A DNA stretch of 64,000 bases from an uncultured Pseudorhodobacter sp. (GCA_913062925.1 CAJXWJ010000008.1:3907-67906); one strand, 5' to 3'. Counted from the stretch's first letter, positions 47,178 through 57,382 are shown. The notes: generated from the sequence alone by a model not told the origin. Program-made: numbers and translations.

Positions 47178-48155
47178 ATGATGCAAAAACGGCAGCTTGG
47201 CCCGAACGGCCCCCATGTCTCGGCCATCGGGCTTGGGGCAATGTCTTTTGGCGGGCTGTTTGGCCCCACCGATGAGGGCGAAAGCTTTGCCTGTCTGGAT
47301 GCGATGCTAGAGGTCGGCATTGATTTCATCGACACCGCCAATATCTACGGCATGGGCGTGTCGGAAACCGTGCTGGGCAAATGGCTGGCCAGCCGCAAAC
47401 CGCAGGTGGTGATTGCCACCAAGGCCAGCTTTGTCGCCGACCCTGTGCGGCGCGTCGATAACTCGGAAGCGCATCTGCGGGCGGAACTTGAGGCCTCAAT
47501 GCGCCGAATGGGGCGCGATCATGTCGAGCTGTTCTACATCCACCGCCGCGAAGCCGCGCGCCCCTTGGAAGAGGTGATCGGCACGCTGTCGCGGCTGATC
47601 GAAGAGGGCAAGATCGGCGGCTATGGCCTGTCAGAGGTCGCCCCCTATACGCTGCGCGCGGCGCATGCGATCCATCCCTGCCGCGCAGTGCAGAACGAAT
47701 ATTCACTGTGGACGCGCCAGCCCGAACTGGGGCTGATCCAAGACTGCGCAAGGCTTGGCGTGGCCTTTGTGCCGTTCTCGCCGCTTGCGCGGGGCATGTT
47801 GGGCGACACCGCCCTGCCCCAGCCAACCGATGGCTTTCGCGCCGCAAACCCGCGCTTTACCGAGCCGAATTTTTCGGCCAACACGCAGAAAATCAACGGG
47901 TTTCGTGCGTTTTGCGTGGCGCGCGGCTGGTCTGTTCCGGCAACGGCGCTGGCTTGGGTGCTGTCACGCGGCCCGCATCTGATCCCGATTCCCGGCACCC
48001 GCCATGCCGCACATTTGCGCCAATGGGCGCAGGCGGTGCAGATCAGCCTATCGCCCGAAGATCTGGCCGAGATCGAGCGGATCTTGCCGGTCGGCTTTGC
48101 CGAAGGCGCGCGTTACGGCGACCCGCAGCTTTTGGCGATCGAGCGGTATTGCTAA
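47178..48155 (+). CDS. Aldo/keto reductase
   Basis: IGLGAM, DTANIYG, LFYIHR, VQNEYSLW.R, FSPLARG and IPGTR motifs. Confidence 0.92.
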   Translation: MMQKRQLGPNGPHVSAIGLGAMSFGGLFGPTDEGESFACLDAMLEVGIDFIDTANIYGMGVSETVLGKWLASRKPQVVIATKASFVADPVRRVDNSEAHLRAELEASMRRMGRDHVELFYIHRREAARPLEEVIGTLSRLIEEGKIGGYGLSEVAPYTLRAAHAIHPCRAVQNEYSLWTRQPELGLIQDCARLGVAFVPFSPLARGMLGDTALPQPTDGFRAANPRFTEPNFSANTQKINGFRAFCVARGWSVPATALAWVLSRGPHLIPIPGTRHAAHLRQWAQAVQISLSPEDLAEIERILPVGFAEGARYGDPQLLAIERYC

Positions 48156-49015
48156 CGCCCGTGGCTGCCATCATAGCCATTGGCCGCAGCGCCCTGCCAG
48201 CCTGCGGGCGGGGCTGCGGGGCGAAACACCTCGACCAACAAAGGATGGCAGGCGGCTTGATCCGAGGAATGTTCTGACGAGCAATCGCCCCCCGGACAGG
48301 CCGAAAGCCCGCCAATAAGGTCGGTATTGGCGAAAAACTCTAGATAATCGCCGACCCGCACTGGGCTGGCCTTCATGAAATATTGGCCAGTGTCGCGGGT
48401 AAAGCCCGTGCACATAAAGACGTTCAGCACATCATGCACATGCAGCTCTACCGCAGCCAAGCTAAGCCCGGTGCGATCCGCCAAGGCGCGCGTCAGGTTG
48501 GAATGGCAGCAATGGTGATACTGCCCGCCCGCCAACAGATTATGGGTATAGGGGTCGCAGCGGGTGCCGATGACGTCATGTACCGCGCCGCCAAAGCTGT
48601 CAAAACCATACCAATCAAGGCTGTCATCAGTGATCAGCGCCAGCGCGCGCAGATAGGGCAGGTTTGACCACATCCGATCCCCCGCGCTTAGGTGTGTGCC
48701 ATGCAGCGCGCGGGTTTTGCCCGAGAAAAACCGCTCGGCCAGATTGTCCGCGGCCCAAAGGTTCAAATCGCCGACCTGCGGCCCGCCGACCGAGGTGATG
48801 CGGAAAAAGCAGCCCGCTGGCACATCAAAACAGGCAGCCTCGCGCGCGGGCACCAAGGTTTCCGTGATCTTGTGCCAGCCCGCGCGTGCGGCGTGATAGG
48901 GGGCAAGATCGGGCTGCGGCAGATCATCCACCGGATAGCAAATCACCGGGGCAACCGATTTGCGCGCGGCGGCATCGGCGGGGGCGCTATGGGCGGGGGT
49001 GTCGGGTTTCATCAC
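48152..49015 (-). CDS. DUF1989 (urea carboxylase-associated) family protein
   Basis: GPQVGDLN, TRALHG, HDVIGTRCDPY, HDVLNVFM and SACPGGD motifs. Confidence 0.85.
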   Translation of the reverse strand: MMKPDTPAHSAPADAAARKSVAPVICYPVDDLPQPDLAPYHAARAGWHKITETLVPAREAACFDVPAGCFFRITSVGGPQVGDLNLWAADNLAERFFSGKTRALHGTHLSAGDRMWSNLPYLRALALITDDSLDWYGFDSFGGAVHDVIGTRCDPYTHNLLAGGQYHHCCHSNLTRALADRTGLSLAAVELHVHDVLNVFMCTGFTRDTGQYFMKASPVRVGDYLEFFANTDLIGGLSACPGGDCSSEHSSDQAACHPLLVEVFRPAAPPAGWQGAAANGYDGSHGR

Positions 49016-49221
49016 GCTTTCCTATCAGGGGGCCGCTGGCAATGCTGTGGCGGCTTGCCTGCCGTGTCACATTCTGCGCCACAGGCCACGCAGCGATAAT
49101 GCGCGGACCCAAGCCTGCGATCAAGCCGCCATTTGCAGGCGCGCGTCAGGGTCGAATTGCGTCGCGACAGCCAAAGATAGCCATAGACCGACAGCGCAAG
49201 GATAAGCAAAAGCAAAGGCAT
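49012..49221 (-). CDS. Small membrane-anchored Cys-rich (Zn-ribbon-like) protein
   Basis: MPLLLLILALSVYGYLWL TM helix, then RACKW...RCVACGAEC...HC; stop overlaps the DUF1989 start. Confidence 0.6.
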   Translation of the reverse strand: MPLLLLILALSVYGYLWLSRRNSTLTRACKWRLDRRLGSAHYRCVACGAECDTAGKPPQHCQRPPDRKA

Positions 49222-49261
49222 GGCCGAACCATCGCAGAGCCGCGCGCAAAGGCAAGCCCGA

Positions 49262-49867
49262 TTACAGGATGCGCCGCGCCGCCGCGATAGAGGCCGCCTG
49301 CGACTGGGTGCGCGCGCCCAGCTTGCGTTTGACATTGTTCAGCCGGGCTTTGACCGCGCTTTCGGTGATGCCCAGCTCGATACCGATCTGACGCAGCCGC
49401 ATGCCTTGCGATTGCAACTTCAGCGCTGCGATTTCGGCCAGGGTCAACTCTGGCTCGGACCCCTCGTGCAGCTGCTGCATCTGGCGCTCCAGCATCTGCA
49501 ATTCGTCAGGGGTAAACTCACGATCGTCGCGGAAAAACAGACCATAGCTGCGCCGGCCGCGCTCTTGCGCCCGCACAACAGAAACCACCGCGCCATAAAC
49601 AAGCCCAAAGATCGCCGCCTGCGCCAGCACCTGATGCGGATCGGGCCGCGTCAAATCGGCCAAAGCCAGCACGCCGCTGTTGCTATAGACCCAAGCAATC
49701 GCGGGATCGTGGATCAGCAATCCATGCGTCGCATAGAAATCAACCCAAAGTAGGGGCAGCTGGTTCAGCTCGACCTCGGCAAAGGAAAAGCCAACCCTCA
49801 GGGCCACATAAAAGCCCGCGGGCGCGATTGTATGAAACGCGCTTTGGATATCATTCAAGCTGGACAT
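49262..49867 (-). CDS. LuxR-family regulator with autoinducer-binding-like domain (LuxR solo)
   Basis: W-x3-Y-x8-DP in the N-domain; C-terminal LT.AE...L.L...G......G.ELGITESAVK.RL...KL HTH; no luxI in the window. Confidence 0.85.
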   Translation of the reverse strand: MSSLNDIQSAFHTIAPAGFYVALRVGFSFAEVELNQLPLLWVDFYATHGLLIHDPAIAWVYSNSGVLALADLTRPDPHQVLAQAAIFGLVYGAVVSVVRAQERGRRSYGLFFRDDREFTPDELQMLERQMQQLHEGSEPELTLAEIAALKLQSQGMRLRQIGIELGITESAVKARLNNVKRKLGARTQSQAASIAAARRIL

Positions 49868-50211
49868 AATCAGGGATCACTCACCTTTTTTTGGAACGCG
49901 TGAAAGCTTGACGCAGGCGCAGACTTGAAGCCGCGCCTTAAAACACTTCACCAAAAAACTAAAATTCCAGCAGGACCCAGCCAAAATTCACAACTTAAGC
50001 GCCCCTGTTCAACGGGCTAAGCGCTGTTTGAAGCAGTTATCGCAGGGTTGCAAAGTACCTTAAATATATCCGAAAGCGCATCTGGATAGATTTTTTCGGC
50101 ATCAACACCTACACCACTACACCATTGTGCAAGACCTTGTGTCACTAAAGAGAGTTTTGCTCGAAAAACACTGAAACGCCCTAAGCAGTGATAAGAATTT
50201 GATTATGCAGC

Positions 50212-50242
50212 AAAAAAAAGCCCGCCACAACGGACGGGCTTT
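50212..50242 (-). terminator. Rho-independent terminator of the sdh operon
   Basis: Minus strand AAGCCCG-TCCGTTGTGG-CGGGCTT followed by a T-run. Confidence 0.8.
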
Positions 50243-50264
50243 CTTGAGATGTTTCGGGTTGCGA

Positions 50265-51041
50265 TCAGACCACGCGATCGACCATCATTTTCTTAACTTC
50301 TGCAATCGCCTTGGCAGGGTTCAAGCCCTTGGGGCAGGTCTTGGCGCAGTTCATGATGGTGTGGCAGCGATAAAGCTTGAAGGGGTCTTCCAGATCATCC
50401 AAGCGCTCGCCCGTGGCCTCGTCGCGGCTGTCGATGATCCAGCGGTACGCGTGCAGCAAGGCGGCTGGCCCCAGATATTTGTCGCCATTCCACCAATAAG
50501 ACGGGCAAGAGGTGCTGCAACAAGCGCACATCACGCATTCATAAAGCCCGTCGAGTTTCGAGCGGTCTTCGATAGATTGCAGCCATTCTTTTGCTGGGCG
50601 ATTGGTCTTGGTTTCCAACCACGGCATGATGCTGGCGTGCTGGGCGTAGAAATGCGTCAGATCGGGGATCAGATCCTTGATCACCGGCATATGCGGCAGC
50701 GGATAGATTTTCACATCGCCCTTGACCTCATCCAAGCCGTAGATGCAGGCCAGCGTGTTGATGCCGTCGATGTTCATCGCACAAGAGCCGCAAATCCCCT
50801 CGCGGCACGAACGCCGAAAGGTCAGCGTCGGGTCGATGTCATTCTTGATCTTGATCAGCGCGTCCAGAACCATCGGCCCGCAAGCATCCATATCAAGGAA
50901 ATAGGTATCCACACGCGGGTTTTGCCCGTCGTCTGGGTTCCAGCGATAGATCTGGAACTTGCGCAGATTTTTGCCCGCAGGCTTCGGCCAGGTCTTGCCG
51001 GTAAGCACTTTGGAGTTTTTCGGCAGTGTGAACTGAACCAT
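50265..51041 (-). CDS. sdhB: Succinate dehydrogenase iron-sulfur subunit
   Basis: [25 protein letters not shown] and [12 protein letters not shown] motifs. Confidence 0.98.
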   Translation of the reverse strand: MVQFTLPKNSKVLTGKTWPKPAGKNLRKFQIYRWNPDDGQNPRVDTYFLDMDACGPMVLDALIKIKNDIDPTLTFRRSCREGICGSCAMNIDGINTLACIYGLDEVKGDVKIYPLPHMPVIKDLIPDLTHFYAQHASIMPWLETKTNRPAKEWLQSIEDRSKLDGLYECVMCACCSTSCPSYWWNGDKYLGPAALLHAYRWIIDSRDEATGERLDDLEDPFKLYRCHTIMNCAKTCPKGLNPAKAIAEVKKMMVDRVV

Positions 51042-51064
51042 GATCAGACCTTTCTTCGGTGCCG

Positions 51065-51358
51065 CTACAGCGATGCGGCTGGAATGCTGGAATAAGAACG
51101 CGAGGGGAATTCGCCCGAGCGGCGGACCACGCAATTTTGGTAAACCTGCGACGGATCGCGGCCTTGCAGATAGTCAGAGGTAATCGTGACATTGCCGCGC
51201 AGCTTTGGCTTGCCATCCGACCCGATGCCGACGCCAACCGAGCCGCGCGGCTGTTCGGCCAAGCGGGCTTGCGACAGGCATTCGCGTTCGGCCTGCGCCA
51301 AGGACACAGGGCCGCAGGCCGAAACGCAAAGCAGAACAGCAGGGGCAAAGCGGTGCAT
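51065..51358 (-). CDS. Small lipoprotein inside the sdh operon
   Basis: Lipobox VSA|C; AERECL, G.V.VG.GSDG and YQNCV.RRSG. Confidence 0.7.
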   Translation of the reverse strand: MHRFAPAVLLCVSACGPVSLAQAERECLSQARLAEQPRGSVGVGIGSDGKPKLRGNVTITSDYLQGRDPSQVYQNCVVRRSGEFPSRSYSSIPAASL

Positions 51359-51361
51359 CGG

Positions 51362-51676
51362 CTATCCTTTCAACGCAGGCACGCCATTGGCGGCAAAACA
51401 GGCAGAGGTGGCAGGGCGCAGCGCAATCGCGCGGATCCGTGCCACGGTCAAAGACCCCGCACTGACACCAACATCGCGCGACAGCGCCTCGATCTCGGCG
51501 GGGGTGGCAGATTGAACGATGCAGCGCGTGGCTGCATCGGCTTGGGCTGCGCTTAGTTCTTGTTCAAGCACAGGCCGCACGACGCTTTCGGCCGTACGGG
51601 CAAGCACCTTATCTGCCAGCCCCTGCGGTGTGCAGGCGCCAAGCAGAACAAAACCAAGCAGAGCCAGCGCGCGCAT
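51362..51676 (-). CDS. Small lipoprotein inside the sdh operon
   Basis: Lipobox LGA|C; start overlaps the sdhA stop. Confidence 0.75.
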   Translation of the reverse strand: MRALALLGFVLLGACTPQGLADKVLARTAESVVRPVLEQELSAAQADAATRCIVQSATPAEIEALSRDVGVSAGSLTVARIRAIALRPATSACFAANGVPALKG

Positions 51677-53478
51677 CAGAACTTACGCTCGGCTGGCGCG
51701 ATTTTCTTCAAGCTGATGCCGCCATCGGCCTCGGTCGTCAGCGGCGCGGTGTGCACGGGGCGATAATCCAGCGTCACCTTGCTGCCATCGACCCGCGCCA
51801 AAGTGTGCTTGCGCCAATTGGCATCATCGCGGGTGGCAAAGTCTTCATGCGCATGCGCACCACGGCTTTCGGTGCGGGCATGTGCGCCCACAATCGTCGC
51901 CAAAGCGTTCGGCATCAGGTTTTGCAGCTCGAAGGTTTCCATCAGATCCGAGTTCCAGACCAAGCTGCGGTCTGTCACTTTGATATCGGCCATTTTGCCC
52001 GCAATCGCCGTCATCTTTTCAACGCCTTCGCCCAGCGTTTTGTCGGTGCGGAACACGGCCGCATCGGCCTGCATGGTCTTTTGCATCTCAAGCCGCAGCT
52101 CGGCGGTGGGGATAGAACCATTGGCGTGGCGCGTCGCATCAAAGCGATCAAGCGCGCGATCAACTTCGGCGCGGTTCAGATCGGCGGGGCGTTCCTTGGG
52201 GTTCACAATCTCGCCGGCGCGGATGGCGGCGGCGCGACCAAAGACCACAAGGTCGATCAAGGAGTTAGACCCCAAACGGTTTGCGCCATGCACCGAAGCA
52301 CAGCCCGCCTCGCCCACAGCCATCAGGCCGGGCACGGTGGCGTCAGGGTTTTCGGCGGTGGGGTTCAACACCTCGCCAAAGTAATTGGTCGGGATACCGC
52401 CCATGTTGTAATGCACCGTCGGCAGCACCGGGATCGGTTCCTTGTGCAGATCGACGCCCGCAAACACCCGTGCGGATTCCGAAATGCCCGGCAAGCGCAG
52501 CGCCAGCGTTTCTGGCGGCAGGTGGTTCAGGTGCAGGTGGATGTGATCTTTGTTCGGGCCAACGCCGCGGCCTTCGCGAATTTCAATCGTCATGCAGCGC
52601 GAGACATAGTCGCGTGGCGCCAAGTCTTTGTAATGCGGGGCATAACGCTCCATAAACCGCTCGCCATTGGCGTTGGTCAGATAGCCGCCCTCGCCGCGCG
52701 CGCCTTCGGTGATCAGGCAGCCCGAGCCATAGATGCCGGTCGGGTGGAATTGCACGAATTCCATATCCTGCAACGGCAGGCCTGCGCGCGCCACCATGCC
52801 GCCACCGTCGCCGGTGCAGGTATGGGCCGAGGTTGCGCTGAAATAGGCACGGCCATAGCCGCCCGTCGCAAGCACAGTCATCTTGGCGTTAAAAACGTGG
52901 ATGGTGCCATCGTCCAGTTTCCAAGCCACCACGCCAGTGCATTTGCCATCGGTCATGATCAGATCAATGGCGAAATATTCGATGAAGAATTCCGCGTTGT
53001 TCTTCAGGCTTTGGCCATAAAGCGTGTGCAAAATCGCGTGGCCGGTGCGGTCGGCGGCAGCACAGGTGCGCTGCACCGGCGGGCCTTCGCCGTATTCGGT
53101 GGTATGGCCACCAAAGGGGCGCTGATAGATTTTGCCCTCTTCGGTGCGCGAAAACGGCACGCCGTAATGCTCGAGCTCGTAAACTGCCTTGGGGGCTTCG
53201 CGCGCCAGATATTCCATCGCATCGGTGTCGCCCAGCCAATCCGAGCCCTTGACGGTGTCATACATATGCCACTGCCAGCTGTCCGGCCCCATATTGCCAA
53301 GGCTGGCCGCGATGCCGCCTTGGGCTGCAACCGTATGGCTACGGGTCGGAAAAACCTTGGTTACGCAAGCGGTGCGCAGACCCTGTTCGGCCATGCCAAG
53401 CGTGGCGCGCAAGCCCGCGCCGCCTGCACCAACAACCACAACATCATAGTCGTGAACTTCATAAGGATAAGCAGTCAT
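51676..53478 (-). CDS. sdhA: Succinate dehydrogenase flavoprotein subunit
   Basis: [17 protein letters not shown] (FAD-His), QFHPTG and HGANRLG motifs. Confidence 0.98.
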   Translation of the reverse strand: MTAYPYEVHDYDVVVVGAGGAGLRATLGMAEQGLRTACVTKVFPTRSHTVAAQGGIAASLGNMGPDSWQWHMYDTVKGSDWLGDTDAMEYLAREAPKAVYELEHYGVPFSRTEEGKIYQRPFGGHTTEYGEGPPVQRTCAAADRTGHAILHTLYGQSLKNNAEFFIEYFAIDLIMTDGKCTGVVAWKLDDGTIHVFNAKMTVLATGGYGRAYFSATSAHTCTGDGGGMVARAGLPLQDMEFVQFHPTGIYGSGCLITEGARGEGGYLTNANGERFMERYAPHYKDLAPRDYVSRCMTIEIREGRGVGPNKDHIHLHLNHLPPETLALRLPGISESARVFAGVDLHKEPIPVLPTVHYNMGGIPTNYFGEVLNPTAENPDATVPGLMAVGEAGCASVHGANRLGSNSLIDLVVFGRAAAIRAGEIVNPKERPADLNRAEVDRALDRFDATRHANGSIPTAELRLEMQKTMQADAAVFRTDKTLGEGVEKMTAIAGKMADIKVTDRSLVWNSDLMETFELQNLMPNALATIVGAHARTESRGAHAHEDFATRDDANWRKHTLARVDGSKVTLDYRPVHTAPLTTEADGGISLKKIAPAERKF

Positions 53479-53487
53479 ATCAGCCCC

Positions 53488-53859
53488 TTAAAGCGCGATG
53501 CGGACAAGAGCATAAAGCCCCGTCACAGCGATCACGGTGGAAAGCGAGGTCACAAAGATCACCAGCATTTTGCGGGTGGTGCCATGTGTGTAATCTTCAA
53601 TTGCCATGGTCGCCCCCATGGCAAAGTGGCGCATGCCGATCACCAGCACCAGCGCCGTCAAAATCGAAGCGAAAGGATGCGCAAAGGTGGCGCGCACCGT
53701 TGCGTAATCTTGGCCCAAGGCATGGCCAACGATATAGACCCAAACCGGAATTAAGAACGCCAAGGCGACCGAAGACATCATCATCGACCAGTGATGTTCG
53801 GTTCCCGAATGGGCCGAACCCTTGCCAACAGCGCGTTTGCGAGCGGTGATATAGCGCAT
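53488..53859 (-). CDS. sdhD: Succinate dehydrogenase membrane anchor subunit
   Basis: G.GSAHSGT.HW, H...G....IEDY; operon position. Confidence 0.92.
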   Translation of the reverse strand: MRYITARKRAVGKGSAHSGTEHHWSMMMSSVALAFLIPVWVYIVGHALGQDYATVRATFAHPFASILTALVLVIGMRHFAMGATMAIEDYTHGTTRKMLVIFVTSLSTVIAVTGLYALVRIAL

Positions 53860-53869
53860 GTCTGCCTCC

Positions 53870-54253
53870 TTAAACGATCAGAATGGTGATGAAGGTCAAA
53901 ACGAACGACCCGATGACAATGCCCCAACCCAGCCGCTCGGCTGTTGGAATGTCGAGCCCGTGGCCCGCGTCAAAGTAAAGGTGCCGCAGCCCAGCAAGAT
54001 AGTGATACCACACCGCCCAGGCCGAGCAGGTGAACACCAGATCGCCAAACCAGCTTGTCGCCACAGCATTTGCCACTGCAAAATAAGGCTCGCTGACTGC
54101 GGCCGCCAGCAGCCACCAGACCACAAGCACCACGCCCACGATCAGCGCATTGCCGGTGATCCGTGTCAGGATCGACACGACCGAGGTCAACTGCGGGCGG
54201 TAAATTTGCAAGTGCGGTGAAAGGGGGCGTTCCACCCGCTTAATCTCGGCCAT
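53870..54253 (-). CDS. sdhC: Succinate dehydrogenase cytochrome b556 subunit
   Basis: RPLSPHLQIYRPQ, S.L.RITG and H...G.RHL..D motifs. Confidence 0.96.
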   Translation of the reverse strand: MAEIKRVERPLSPHLQIYRPQLTSVVSILTRITGNALIVGVVLVVWWLLAAAVSEPYFAVANAVATSWFGDLVFTCSAWAVWYHYLAGLRHLYFDAGHGLDIPTAERLGWGIVIGSFVLTFITILIV

Positions 54254-54398
54254 ATCGGATCCCTTCGTCATAGAGCGCCCAAACTATCTGTGGGCACAGA
54301 CTTATCATGCAATAATCAATAGCGCGTAAATCAGCAATGTCACCATCGCCTGTGCTGCGATTGCGAAAAACTCTTACAATCCAGCGTGATTTTATGCA

Positions 54399-54433
54399 TT
54401 TGTGATCACGAAAAAAAATCGTGTGATCACAAA
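54399..54433. promoter_or_regulatory. Double-palindrome candidate operator upstream of sdhC
   Basis: TTTGTGATCAC-N13-GTGATCACAAA; two GTGATCAC palindromes 21 bp apart. Confidence 0.55.
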
Positions 54434-54468
54434 GTAAAACACATGGGACTCTCAAAGCCCCTGCGCCG

Positions 54469-55494
54469 CTAGATCGGCATCAAGGCCCAGTAATCAAGAT
54501 CCAGCAATACTTCGGGCAGATATTTGCCATCCGGCCCGCGCAGATCACCCGCGCTGCCCTTGGTCGCAACCAAGCGCAAGCGGATCGCCCCAACGCCCGG
54601 CGCAGAGGTTGGCGCGCGGTCCAGCACCTGCGACCATGCCCGCACGGTATCCCCAGCAAAGCAGGGATTGGCATGGGCGCCCGCGTTCAGCGCCACGATC
54701 ATTTGCGCATTGGCCAGCCCGTTGAACGACAGCGCGCGGGCAAGCGAGATCACATGCCCGCCATAGATCAGCCGCCGCCCATCAGGGCGCTGCGTGGCGT
54801 CGAAATGCACTTTGGCGGTGTTTTGCCACAGCCTTGTGGCCAGCATATGCTCGGCCTCTTCGATCGTCACGCCGTCAACATGGTCAATCACCTCGCCCAG
54901 CGCGTAATCGCCCCAGCGATGCGGCTCGCCACTTTGGGCGAAATCATAGCGGGTGAAATCAAGCCCCTGCGGGATCACCAGATCTTGGGCCGCAACTGTC
55001 GCCGCAAGGTCAGGCAGCACGGTCGCGGGTGCTGGCGCGTCAAGGTCGCGCTTTTTCACCATCACCCAGCGCACATAGTCCAGCACCGGTTGATTGTGCT
55101 GGTTGGTGCCAAGCGTGCGCACATAGACCACGCCCGATTGCCCGTTCGAATTCTGCTTAAGCCCGATCACCGTGCTTTGCGACCGCAGCGTGTCGCCGGG
55201 CCAAACCGGAGCCAACCAGCGCCCCTGCGCATAGCCCAGATTTGCCACCGCATTCAGCGAGACATCGGGCACGGTCTTGCCAAAGACCACATGAAAGCCA
55301 ATCAGATCATCCAGCGGGCTTGCAGGCAGACCGCAAGCCTGCGCGAAGACATCAGACGAATAAAGCGCGTGGCGGGCGGGATAAAGCGCATGGTAAAGCG
55401 CGCGCTCGCCCTGCGTTACCGTGCGCGGCACCGCATGCGCGATCACCTCGCCAAGGCGATACTCCTCAAAAAACCGCCCCGCGTTTGTCTTCAT
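54469..55494 (-). CDS. mch: Mesaconyl-CoA hydratase (tandem MaoC domains)
   Basis: GRFFEEY, FH.VFGKTVPDVS.NAVANLGY, H.DG.T.EEAEH and NTAKVHF motifs; position upstream of sdhC as in Rhodobacter. Confidence 0.88.
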   Translation of the reverse strand: MKTNAGRFFEEYRLGEVIAHAVPRTVTQGERALYHALYPARHALYSSDVFAQACGLPASPLDDLIGFHVVFGKTVPDVSLNAVANLGYAQGRWLAPVWPGDTLRSQSTVIGLKQNSNGQSGVVYVRTLGTNQHNQPVLDYVRWVMVKKRDLDAPAPATVLPDLAATVAAQDLVIPQGLDFTRYDFAQSGEPHRWGDYALGEVIDHVDGVTIEEAEHMLATRLWQNTAKVHFDATQRPDGRRLIYGGHVISLARALSFNGLANAQMIVALNAGAHANPCFAGDTVRAWSQVLDRAPTSAPGVGAIRLRLVATKGSAGDLRGPDGKYLPEVLLDLDYWALMPI

Positions 55495-55522
55495 CTTATC
55501 CTCTTGAACCCGTTATGCCGCG

Positions 55523-55726
55523 CTAGTGTTCGCCCAATTTGACCTCGGGCGTGTAGGTGCCCTCGACCTCTTTCACCACGGCTTGGCCGCAGCGCATCAC
55601 GCCGCGGCTGGCGTCAAAGCTATAGGTCGGGCCCCCATGCAGGGCCCAGCCTTTGTTCAGAGCAGCCGTCACCCGATGGCAAAAGGCAGATGTGTCGTCA
55701 TCGGTCAGAAATCGAAACAACTGCAT
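55523..55726 (-). CDS. DUF1737 family small protein
   Basis: RFLT.DD.SAFCHRVT.AL.KGW.L.G.P...CGQAVVK. Confidence 0.8.
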   Translation of the reverse strand: MQLFRFLTDDDTSAFCHRVTAALNKGWALHGGPTYSFDASRGVMRCGQAVVKEVEGTYTPEVKLGEH

Positions 55727-55730
55727 GGGT

Positions 55731-56279
55731 TTAGCCAAACACCGGATAGCCAAGGCGCGCGTGAATCATCCCGATCACCCCCATGATCAGCACTGCCACC
55801 ACCAGATGCAGCACATCAAAATAGACCGGCCCCGCTTTTGGCCGATCCCAAACCGGCTGCATTTTATTGATAAAGATCAGATCCAGCACCGCCCAAGCCA
55901 GCAGCCCGCCAAACAAGATCAGGCTGGCCAGATCGCCATTCACCAGCAAATGCGCCAGCGCCCAGGTTTTCACCCCCGACAGCATCGGATGGCGGATCTT
56001 GGCGCGCAAAGCTCCGCGCGAAAAGCCAAGGAAAAACAGAAAAATCGCCACCAACATCAACAGGTTGTTGATATGGCGCAAAAACAGCGGCGGGTTCCAA
56101 AGCTGGATCACATCGGCCGAGCGGTAGCCCACAACCATAAACACAATCGCCAAAATCGTCAGCCCCGAGGCCACCATTTTGCCGTTGTTATCGCCAAGGC
56201 TGGCGCGAAACCCAGGCGTGACGCGCTTCATCAAATGCGAATAGGCCCAAAGCAGGACCCCAACGATCAGTAGTGCCAT
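55731..56279 (-). CDS. NnrU-family membrane protein
   Basis: IRHPML.GVK.WALAHLLVNGDLAS..LFGG.LAWA motif. Confidence 0.88.
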   Translation of the reverse strand: MALLIVGVLLWAYSHLMKRVTPGFRASLGDNNGKMVASGLTILAIVFMVVGYRSADVIQLWNPPLFLRHINNLLMLVAIFLFFLGFSRGALRAKIRHPMLSGVKTWALAHLLVNGDLASLILFGGLLAWAVLDLIFINKMQPVWDRPKAGPVYFDVLHLVVAVLIMGVIGMIHARLGYPVFG

Positions 56280-56293
56280 TCAAACTCTCCCTG

Positions 56294-57139
56294 TCATGCC
56301 ATTGCGGCAATTGCGCTGGCTTTTGCCAAAAGCGCCTCTGCCATAATGATATGCAGGTTTTCGACGATCTTTCCATCCACAACCGCAACGCCCTGGCCTG
56401 CGGCCTGTGCCTCGGCAAAGGCGGCGATCTGGCGCGCGGCAAGCTCTAGCTCGGCTTCCGAGGGCGCAAAGGCTGCGTTGGCGATCTCGATCTGCGCGGG
56501 GTGGATCAGGGTTTTGCCGTCAAAGCCCATATCCCGGCCTTGGGTGCATTCGGCCAAAAGCCCGGCCTCGTCCTTAAAGGCATTATAGACGCCATCGACG
56601 ATGACGCGGCCATAGGCGCGCGCGGCCAACAAACACAGCCCCAAGCCCGCCTGCATCGGCAAGCGATCTGCGCGCATCCGGCTGCCCAATTCGCGCGCCA
56701 GATCATTGGTGCCCATCACCATGCCGGCAAGCTGCGGATGCGCCGCGATTTGCGCCGCATTCAGGCAGCCCAGCGCGGTTTCCATCATCGCCCACAGCGG
56801 CTTTTGCGGGGCAAGCCCTGCGACCGCGTCAAGTTCGGCGGGGGTGTTCACCTTGGGGATCAGCAGCGCCTCGACCTCGGCCATCGCGCCAAAACGCGCG
56901 ATATCATCGGCACCCCATGCGGTATCAAGCCCGTTGATGCGCACGATGCGCAACCGCGCGCCATAGCCCCCCGCCGCCAAAGCCTGCGCCAAAACCTCGC
57001 GCGCGGCGGCTTTCTCATCGGGGGCAACGGCATCTTCCAGATCAAAGATAATCGCATCGGCGGCCAGCCCGCGCGCCTTGTCCAAGGCCCGCGCATTCGA
57101 GCCGGGGATATAAAGCACAGAGCGGACGGGATGGGTCAT
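56294..57139 (-). CDS. mcl2: CitE-family CoA ester lyase-like protein, probably (3S)-malyl-CoA thioesterase
   Basis: RSVLYIPGS, IFDLEDAV, VRING, GTNDL, DGVYN and GFDGKTLIHP motifs; located in the mch-mdh cluster. Confidence 0.8.
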   Translation of the reverse strand: MTHPVRSVLYIPGSNARALDKARGLAADAIIFDLEDAVAPDEKAAAREVLAQALAAGGYGARLRIVRINGLDTAWGADDIARFGAMAEVEALLIPKVNTPAELDAVAGLAPQKPLWAMMETALGCLNAAQIAAHPQLAGMVMGTNDLARELGSRMRADRLPMQAGLGLCLLAARAYGRVIVDGVYNAFKDEAGLLAECTQGRDMGFDGKTLIHPAQIEIANAAFAPSEAELELAARQIAAFAEAQAAGQGVAVVDGKIVENLHIIMAEALLAKASAIAAMA

Positions 57140-57295
57140 GATTCTCTCCAAGCAATATTCTTGCGCAAAGAGGCCGCATTTTGTCACTTTCAGCAAGAGG
57201 TGAAATGCCGCAATGCAGAAATTTCCGCACGCGCGCTTAACGATTTGCTGGGGTTCTGCGCGCAGGCTGGTCTGACCCTTTGATCGGAGCCGCCC

Positions 57296-57382
57296 ATGGA
57301 CCGCCAGCTTTTCGCCCTCTCCTTTGGTTTTTTGGTGGTGATCCTTGCCACCCATCCGGGCTGGACCAGCCCCTTGCCCGCC
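57296..57382 (+). pseudogene. Probable 5' remnant of a small secreted Rhodobacteraceae protein, truncated at the tauE gene end
   Basis: GGAG RBS, then MDRQLFALSFGFLVVILATHPGW (signal-peptide-like); the frame then runs antisense into tauE to 57502. Confidence 0.4.

Noticed and set aside
49870-50210. Possible sRNA or lux box upstream of the LuxR solo (weak hairpin near 49999-50026; short ACACC repeats)
   Set aside because: No 20-bp lux-box palindrome and no convincing promoter-terminator pair could be identified by eye
51628-53754. 708-aa plus-strand ORF opposite sdhA (likewise 3845..5416, 29497..30750, 31519..32904, 40460..42139 and others)
   Set aside because: Shadow ORFs typical of GC-rich DNA; the opposite strand carries a clearly recognisable gene
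41856-57139. ccr, ecm, mch and mcl2 as a novel carbon pathway
   Set aside because: These are the established ethylmalonyl-CoA pathway genes of Rhodobacteraceae
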